A stretch of 64,000 nucleotides of DNA from Ignavibacteriota bacterium (GTDB taxonomy: Bacteria; Bacteroidota; Ignavibacteria; UBA10030; UBA6906): the NCBI GenBank assembly GCA_003152875.1, contig PMBF01000076.1:180604-244603 (forward strand), written 5' to 3'. The notes under the pieces were generated by a model that saw only the letters and a list, made by a program, of their open reading frames with translations, was not told the DNA's origin and did not search any database. This document shows, one piece after another, positions 58,197 through 64,000 of the stretch. Every line of letters begins with the position of its first letter. The stretch's first letter is position 1. A program made the translations under genes and the position numbers.

Positions 58197-59576
58197 TTAC
58201 AGGCCCTCCTCGGAGATGAGGTAGCATAGAAGGGCTTCGGCAATAGCGCCGAGCTCCAATTCACGAGGGTTGACGGTTTCTATGGTGTCGTTGTCGGAAT
58301 GGTGGTAGTCGAAATAGCGCTGGTTTTCAACGTCAAGACCGAACCCCGGGACGCCGGTCTTGATCGTGGGGGAGATATCTGTGCCGCCGGACCCGGCTGT
58401 GAATTCGGCCGCTCCGAAGAGCGCAAACAGGGGCGACCAGCGGCGCGCCTTCTGAACGATGGCGGCATCTCCCTCGACGGTGAACCCGCGCGGAGCGAAG
58501 CTTCCCCTGTCGGACTCGAGGACGGCGACCTGATGCTCATGCTGCCGGGCCGGCTCCACAGGATAGTCTCGCCCTCCCCGGCTCCCATTTTCCTCGTTCG
58601 TGAACATGACGGCACGGATGGTCCGTTTGGGCTGAAGGCCGGCGCTTTTCAACAGGCGGAGAGCTTCGATTGCCTGCACGCATCCCGAGCCGTCGTCATT
58701 CGCCCCTTGACCCTTGTCCCAGCAGTCGAGGTGCCCTGAGACGACCACTATTTCATCCGGCTTTTCTGTCCCGGTAATCTCCCCCAGGACATTCGCGGAG
58801 GGCGCATCGGGAAGCGTCCGGCAGTCAAGGGTCATGTGAATCTTCAAACCCGGAGTCCGGCTCAGAAGCGCGCTGAGTGAGTCGGCGTCAACGCTGCTCA
58901 CCGCGGCGGCAGGAACCTTGGGCAGGCTGTCATTGTATCCCATCGCGCCCGTATGGGGCACCCGGTCCAGTCGAAGAGTCATCGAACGGACGAGGGCCGC
59001 AACCCCTCCAGCGCGTGCTGACTCCACCGCACCCCGGCTGCGTTGATCGACTGCGCCGCCATAGGCTTCAAATGTCACAACCCTGGTTGGGTCCATCGGC
59101 CTGTTGAAGAAGACGATGTTCCCCTTCGCACGAGGTCCGAGCGAGCGAAGCTCTTCGAAGGAATGGACTTCGACGACCCCGGCGGTGATCCCCTCGCCCG
59201 GTGTTGCCACACTCCCGCCGAGCGCGCAGATGTTCAGACGGTACGGGGTTGGGCCTGCGACGACGGCCTCTTCAGTCTTCCCCCGCACCCAGTGCGGCAC
59301 CATGACCTTCTCCTGGCGCACGCCGGTAAACCCAAGGCGGGTCATCATCATGGCGGTGAGATCGGATGCCTTCCGCTGGCCGTCGGAACCGCTGAGCCGG
59401 TGCGGGGCAACGTCCACGAGCTCGCGCAGCAGAGCATAGGCGTTCATCGTCCGCATGCCGGCCCCCAGCAGGCTTCTCGCGACCGGAAGGTATTGTGCGG
59501 TGTCAACAGACTGGGCGGATGCGGCAGGCAGAACCAGCAAGGTCGCTGCCAGGAGACGGATCGCACGTCGAAGCAT
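58197..59576 (-). CDS. M28-family aminopeptidase (PA domain plus peptidase M28), secreted.
   Basis: Signal peptide; zinc ligands in HLDCWDKGQGANDDGSG and surrounding M28 motifs. Confidence 0.75.
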   Translation of the reverse strand: MLRRAIRLLAATLLVLPAASAQSVDTAQYLPVARSLLGAGMRTMNAYALLRELVDVAPHRLSGSDGQRKASDLTAMMMTRLGFTGVRQEKVMVPHWVRGKTEEAVVAGPTPYRLNICALGGSVATPGEGITAGVVEVHSFEELRSLGPRAKGNIVFFNRPMDPTRVVTFEAYGGAVDQRSRGAVESARAGGVAALVRSMTLRLDRVPHTGAMGYNDSLPKVPAAAVSSVDADSLSALLSRTPGLKIHMTLDCRTLPDAPSANVLGEITGTEKPDEIVVVSGHLDCWDKGQGANDDGSGCVQAIEALRLLKSAGLQPKRTIRAVMFTNEENGSRGGRDYPVEPARQHEHQVAVLESDRGSFAPRGFTVEGDAAIVQKARRWSPLFALFGAAEFTAGSGGTDISPTIKTGVPGFGLDVENQRYFDYHHSDNDTIETVNPRELELGAIAEALLCYLISEEGL

Positions 59577-59606
59577 GTATTCTCCTGAAGACGATCGAAG
59601 AGAGGG

Positions 59607-60638
59607 TCAGCGCGCGTAACGCTGTTTGACACCGGGGATCAGGTACTCATCGAACGCCCGGCTCTGGTCATATTCGGGCATGAATCCCCAGTCGTTCCTG
59701 GCTGCTGAGTCGTCCACATCCTCCGGCCATGAATCGACGATTGCCTGGCGCTTGTCGTCCGGGAGGTAGCCGATCTCCGCGTTCTTGAATTCCCTGAGGG
59801 CAATTGCCCGGATTTCGCCCGCAGCCGGATTGAAAGACCCGATATTGTACACGCACTTGGTCAGGCGTTCGCGCGGCGCGTCGTGGAGTTTCAGGATCGC
59901 CGTGATCGCATCCGGCATTGCCATAAACGGGATCTTCCGGTCTTCACGGACAAAGCTGTAGTAGGGTTTTCCCTGCGCCGCCGCATGCAGCATTTCAGGA
60001 GCGAAGTCGCTGGTCCCCCCGCTCGGGACCGTGACGGCGCTGATGAGCCCGGGAAACCGGATGGCCCTGAAGTCGACGCCCCCCCGCTTTTCGTCTGCGG
60101 CGAGCTGGCGGTAGTGGTTCGCGTAGTACCTGCCGAGGTGTTCGCAGTAAAGCTTGTTGCATCCGTACATCGTGATGGGCATTGTCCATTCGTGTTCCCT
60201 GACACGGCCGACCCTGTGCTTGGTGGCAGGATCGGGCAGGCCGTACACGGCTATCGAGCTCGGGAAGAAGAAGCGGACCGGGGCCCCGTGCCACTGCGAC
60301 TGTTCGATGGCAATCTTGAGGAGGTGGAGGGTACCCTCGACGTTCACGCGGTGCGCGGCCTCCGGTGTGAATTCGGCGCGGGTGGAGAGAAGCGCGGCCA
60401 GGTGGAACATCGCATGGATTTCGAACTCGCTCTGGAGCCGCTCGAGCAGCCGGTTGTCCAGGATGTCTCCGACGATTGTTGCCGTGCTCTTCGCGGCAAG
60501 ACCGGCGTCGATCGGCCGCACATCAAGGGCGATAATGTGGACGTTTCCCGCCCCGGCGAGGCGGTCGATGAGACCATGTCCCATCTCGCCGTTTGCTCCT
60601 GTCACCAGGACGGCGGGTTTTCGGATGTGACCACTCAT
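59607..60638 (-). CDS. NAD-dependent epimerase/dehydratase-family protein (extended SDR, L-threonine 3-dehydrogenase-like). The start was trimmed to MSGHIRKPAVLVTGANGEMG.
   Basis: N-terminal Rossmann TGANGEMG and a YxxxK catalytic motif (YGCNK). Confidence 0.6.
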   Translation of the reverse strand: MSGHIRKPAVLVTGANGEMGHGLIDRLAGAGNVHIIALDVRPIDAGLAAKSTATIVGDILDNRLLERLQSEFEIHAMFHLAALLSTRAEFTPEAAHRVNVEGTLHLLKIAIEQSQWHGAPVRFFFPSSIAVYGLPDPATKHRVGRVREHEWTMPITMYGCNKLYCEHLGRYYANHYRQLAADEKRGGVDFRAIRFPGLISAVTVPSGGTSDFAPEMLHAAAQGKPYYSFVREDRKIPFMAMPDAITAILKLHDAPRERLTKCVYNIGSFNPAAGEIRAIALREFKNAEIGYLPDDKRQAIVDSWPEDVDDSAARNDWGFMPEYDQSRAFDEYLIPGVKQRYAR

Positions 60639-60870
60639 GGGAATCGGTTCTGGCGTGCGATGGATGGCGAGTTTTGCCTGCGGGAGGCTTATGGAAGATA
60701 CGGATTCCCGCGAAAAAACCAAACATGGATTATCCTGCCATGGAGCGGCATAGATCATCTGGCGGGACGGGGCGGGCACACAGAGAAGTGCGACGCTGCC
60801 GGAAGATTATCAGGAGGCCTGTTCAGGCAGAGCGCGGACAGAGAGATGCCGTCAGAAACAGGATGCGTCT

Positions 60871-61320
60871 TTAAGGCTTCCCTCTGCGGGCTGCGCGAAG
60901 CTGCGCATTCAGCCGGGAGCGGGCGCCACCCGGGAGCGAGGAAGGCCGGTTGTCCTCCGGCGTCATGAGATACTCGATCCAGTCCAGGAACTCCTCCACC
61001 GGCCGGCCTTTCCGGAGGAAGCCGTCGTACCGGGGATCTCTGATCGCATCGAGCGCATGCGTGTCGTCATGGGCCGAGACGAAGAGGAACGGGAGTTCCT
61101 GGTACAGAGCCATGAGCCGGACGGTCCGATAGAACTTGATGCCATCCATCACAGGCATGAAAATGTCGGACACGATGAGATCGACAGGCTGCTCTTCGAG
61201 CTTCTCGAGCGCTTCCTCGCCGTTGCCTGCCATGACGACTTCGTATCCTTCGGCCTGCAGAAGAGCCCGGAGAAGCATACGGTAGTCCGTTTCGTCGTCG
61301 ACAACAAGGACCCTTTTCAT
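60871..61320 (-). CDS. Single-domain CheY-like response regulator receiver protein.
   Basis: VLVVDDE...DLIVSDIFMP...K; about 120 aa of REC followed by a short tail. Confidence 0.8.
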   Translation of the reverse strand: MKRVLVVDDETDYRMLLRALLQAEGYEVVMAGNGEEALEKLEEQPVDLIVSDIFMPVMDGIKFYRTVRLMALYQELPFLFVSAHDDTHALDAIRDPRYDGFLRKGRPVEEFLDWIEYLMTPEDNRPSSLPGGARSRLNAQLRAARRGKP

Positions 61321-61461
61321 GAGAACCCTTCATCAGATGAATCTGGCCGGAAACCAGCACAACAATATAGCGACTTTTACTTCCAGAAGCTGTGCGCACG
61401 GTCACCCGACCACAGGTTGACAGCCACGTGCGCCTTGTCTGCGCCCGGGGAAACGGAAGAT

Positions 61462-62622
61462 TTACTCCTCGAAAACGCGGGGAACCCTCCAGGCGATGAG
61501 CGAAGTCACTTCGTAAGGGATGGTTCCCATGGCTTCGGCCAGATCCCACGCCGTGATGGTTTCCCCGCCGTCTCTCCCTATCAACACCGCGGGATCGCCC
61601 GGATGAACGGCCGCACCGGGCCCCACATCCACCATGCAGTGGTCCATGCAGACCGTGCCAGCAATCCGGAACCGCCGGCCGCGAATGAGCACGTCTCCCC
61701 GGTTCGTCAGGAGCCGCGAGTACCCATCGCCATAGCCGACGGGGAGGGTAGCAATCATTGTTGGGCGGTCGGTCGTGTAGCGGCGGCCGTAGGAAATGGA
61801 GGTTCCCACAGGGACGTCCTTGATGAATGAGACCCGGGTGACCAGAGAGAGCACAGGCTTGAGCGGGAACGGAAGGGGCATGTCCTTCCTGGGCGGATAT
61901 CCGTACAGCATGATGCCGGGGCGGACCATGTCCAGGTGTGAATCCGGATGGGCCAGGATGCCGCCGGAGCCCGCCATGTGCCTCAGCGGGACGTCGATCT
62001 TGAGCCCGGCAAGGGACTCAAGAACCCGGAGGAAGCGGCCGAGCTGTCCGCGCGCGTACCCGGGGTCGGCATCCTCGGCCGTAGAGAAATGACTGTAGAC
62101 GCCCACCAGGTCGATTCCGGGAATACTGGCAGCCCTCGCAATCTGCCCGGCGGCAGATTCCCAGGGGAGCCCGAGCCTGCCCATCCCCGTGTCCACTTTC
62201 ACATGAATGCGGGCCCTCATGCGGGTCCGCTGGGCGAGCCCGCCGATCTCTTCAGCACCTGCAAGGGAGGTGACGGTCAGGTCGAGGCCGGCGTGCAGGG
62301 CGGGCTCGATGTGCTCCGGCGGGGCGGCTTCAAAGACCAGAGCGGGGGTGTCGATTCCTTCACTTCGGAGCTGGACGCCTTCGGGAACACGCGCCACCCC
62401 GAGGTAATCGACACCTGCTGAGTGTGCCGCCCGGGAAATCCCGATCAGCCCGTGACCGTACGCTTCGGCCTTTACGACCGCGAGGATTTTCACTCGCGGA
62501 CCCACAAGGGTCCTGACAAGTTCCAGGTTCTCCCGGAAGGCCCCAAGAAGGATAATCGCCCGGGTTGGATGGAGTGGTACGGTCATGGCAATCAATATCG
62601 AAGATACGGCGGGAGAAATCAA
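61462..62622 (-). CDS. alr: Alanine racemase. The start is possibly the internal Met at MTVPLHPTRA.
   Basis: PLP-lysine motif VVKAEAYGHG and the C-terminal beta-domain. Confidence 0.85.
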   Translation of the reverse strand: MISPAVSSILIAMTVPLHPTRAIILLGAFRENLELVRTLVGPRVKILAVVKAEAYGHGLIGISRAAHSAGVDYLGVARVPEGVQLRSEGIDTPALVFEAAPPEHIEPALHAGLDLTVTSLAGAEEIGGLAQRTRMRARIHVKVDTGMGRLGLPWESAAGQIARAASIPGIDLVGVYSHFSTAEDADPGYARGQLGRFLRVLESLAGLKIDVPLRHMAGSGGILAHPDSHLDMVRPGIMLYGYPPRKDMPLPFPLKPVLSLVTRVSFIKDVPVGTSISYGRRYTTDRPTMIATLPVGYGDGYSRLLTNRGDVLIRGRRFRIAGTVCMDHCMVDVGPGAAVHPGDPAVLIGRDGGETITAWDLAEAMGTIPYEVTSLIAWRVPRVFEE

Positions 62623-62747
62623 GACTTCCGTATCACCCGGAGTCCCGGAGGTAACCGGCGCAGGGAGAGATTCCTCCAGGCTTCATGACCATGCCGTCAG
62701 ACCGGGCCGGGGAGCGGCGCTGTTTCTTCCTTCGTCCGGCGGCCCGT

Positions 62748-64000
62748 CTACACTTTTCCCCTGCGCGACTCAAGCTGAACGCGAATCTCCTCACATTTCT
62801 GCTTTGTTAGCTGAAGCTTCGAAATGAAGAAGATGACCGCCAGCAACCCGGCAACGGGAATTGATGCGAGGGACGCGCGGATCCAGAAAATCGTCTCAGG
62901 GGCCTGTGCGCCGTGGGAAGAGTTGAACCCCGCCCACCCGAGGATAAGGCCGGAGACGAAATATCCCATCGAATTGCCCAGCTTCAGGATATAGGAGCCA
63001 CAGGCAGTGAACGAACCTTCACGGCGTATCCCCATATTCAGTTCGTCATAATCGATGATGTCCGCGCCGATGGAACCATGCAGCATCCAGAGACCGCCTG
63101 CCGCAAGCCCCATCGTCCCGGAAGCGATGGTCTGCAGCCACGGGATCAAAGGCGTATACAGGAACCATGACCCCCCATAACCAAGAATGCCGATGATGGC
63201 GGCCGCGATGACGCCCGTCTTCTTGTCCGTCGCGCGCGCAATCCTCCCCAGAATGAGCGGACCCGAAAAGCCGCCGACCATGAACGCAAACCCCATCCAG
63301 AAGTTCCAATTGTCTCCGTTGATGGTGCTTCCGCCGCAGACGTAGTAGACGGTGGCGTAATAGCCGAGAGCGCCGACCATGCTGGTTCCCATGGTGAAAG
63401 CGGCACCAACGCCCATCATGGTCCGGAACGGTTTGCATTTCAACGTTTCGTAGAACGAGCTTTTGAGCGAGATGCGTTCCTTCGTCTTGACGACCACCCG
63501 TTCATAATAGCGTTCTTTCACCCTGAAAAAGATGATGATCGCAAATGCCGCCATCAACAGGCCGAGGATGGAAGTGTAGACCTGCATTCCCAGGAGGGTA
63601 TTCTTGCCGACTGCCCCCGGAAGAAGAAACCAGGAGAGGTTGGTGAATCGCAGCGCATAGAAATTCCCGATCTCGAATATTTTCTGCATCGAGCTTCTGT
63701 AGGTCATCACCGAGGTGCGCTCCTCGTAGTCCGGAGTCATCTCTGCCCCGAGGCTGTTGTACGGGACGGTATAGAGCGCCATGAGGGGAATATAGATCAT
63801 GGACGATACGATCATGTACCAGAACACCACGGACAATCCAAGAAACGTCTGGTCAACCCAGGACGGCGAGATAAGAAAAAGGGCAGGGAGACCAAGGCCG
63901 CTCAAGATCCCGGCAATCAGGATGAACGGACGCCTCCGGCCGAACTTTGATCGGAAATTGTCGGAGATCCATCCTGCGATCGGATCGGCAATGGCATCGT
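62748..64000 (-). CDS. GPH-family (MelB-like glycoside-pentoside-hexuronide:cation) symporter, partial: the 5' end is beyond the window. The internal Met at 63905 is not the true start.
   Basis: The in-frame translation continues upstream of 63905 to the window edge (...DPIAGWISDNFRSKFGRRRPFILIAGI...), the GPH signature region; 12 TM helices. Confidence 0.7.
   Translation of the reverse strand, partial: DAIADPIAGWISDNFRSKFGRRRPFILIAGILSGLGLPALFLISPSWVDQTFLGLSVVFWYMIVSSMIYIPLMALYTVPYNSLGAEMTPDYEERTSVMTYRSSMQKIFEIGNFYALRFTNLSWFLLPGAVGKNTLLGMQVYTSILGLLMAAFAIIIFFRVKERYYERVVVKTKERISLKSSFYETLKCKPFRTMMGVGAAFTMGTSMVGALGYYATVYYVCGGSTINGDNWNFWMGFAFMVGGFSGPLILGRIARATDKKTGVIAAAIIGILGYGGSWFLYTPLIPWLQTIASGTMGLAAGGLWMLHGSIGADIIDYDELNMGIRREGSFTACGSYILKLGNSMGYFVSGLILGWAGFNSSHGAQAPETIFWIRASLASIPVAGLLAVIFFISKLQLTKQKCEEIRVQLESRRGKV

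Noticed and set aside
1-64000. Looked for rRNA genes, integrases/transposases, phage genes and toxin-antitoxin pairs.
   Set aside because: None of the ORFs shows integrase, transposase (DDE), capsid/terminase or TA-module signatures, and no rRNA-like conserved stretches were seen.

Overview
This is a 64 kb window from a high-GC genome (about 60-65% GC). The Shine-Dalgarno motifs and type IX secretion system (T9SS) C-terminal sorting domains point to an FCB-group-like lineage, possibly Rhodothermota, Ignavibacteriota or Gemmatimonadota; that placement is an inference. Almost every real gene lies on the minus strand; only two small genes, at 1197 and 2298, are on the plus strand. The many long plus-strand ORFs in the track are antisense artefacts of the high GC content. 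From left to right the content is:

- A low-GC edge (about 47% GC, versus about 62% for the rest) with a partial secreted-protein gene, two perfect palindromes and a C9A8 homopolymer tract.
- A truncated GH97 fragment and a membrane sensor with a CxxC...CxxC zinc ribbon.
- A MacB/LolCDE-like ABC transporter cluster with two FtsX permeases, the ATPase, a LolA-like protein and a frameshifted outer-membrane barrel.
- A tandem family of T9SS-targeted glycoside-hydrolase-like proteins (499 aa, 878 aa and a decayed third copy), followed by two small membrane proteins and tRNA-Thr(CGT).
- An aspartase/fumarase-family lyase with a purine-rich, degenerate 28-bp tandem-repeat array upstream of it.
- A GH31 hydrolase, an alpha/beta hydrolase, a PAP2 membrane protein, and a TetR-controlled RND efflux operon (TolC-MFP-RND) with two operator-like palindromes.
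- An M13 peptidase, a protein made of two GH2-N sugar-binding domains with no catalytic domain, an OmpR/histidine-kinase two-component pair, a ferritin, an FKBP, a FadD-like ligase, a class I fumarase, QueC, an atypical receiver protein and UppP.
- A methylmalonyl-CoA cluster: epimerase, split mutase catalytic subunit, biotin carboxyl carrier protein (BCCP) and carboxyltransferase, with no biotin carboxylase.
- A TIGR01777 epimerase, a MerR/B12-binding (CarH/LitR-like) regulator, GlgB, an LpoB-like lipoprotein, RmuC with a 15-bp periodic repeat at its 3' end, TrxA, an M28 peptidase, a TDH-like SDR, a CheY-like receiver, Alr and a partial GPH symporter.

I found no CRISPR array, no rRNA and no canonical mobile element. 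I could not assign any single region to a clearly new multi-gene system; the best candidates are listed as findings with stated uncertainty.
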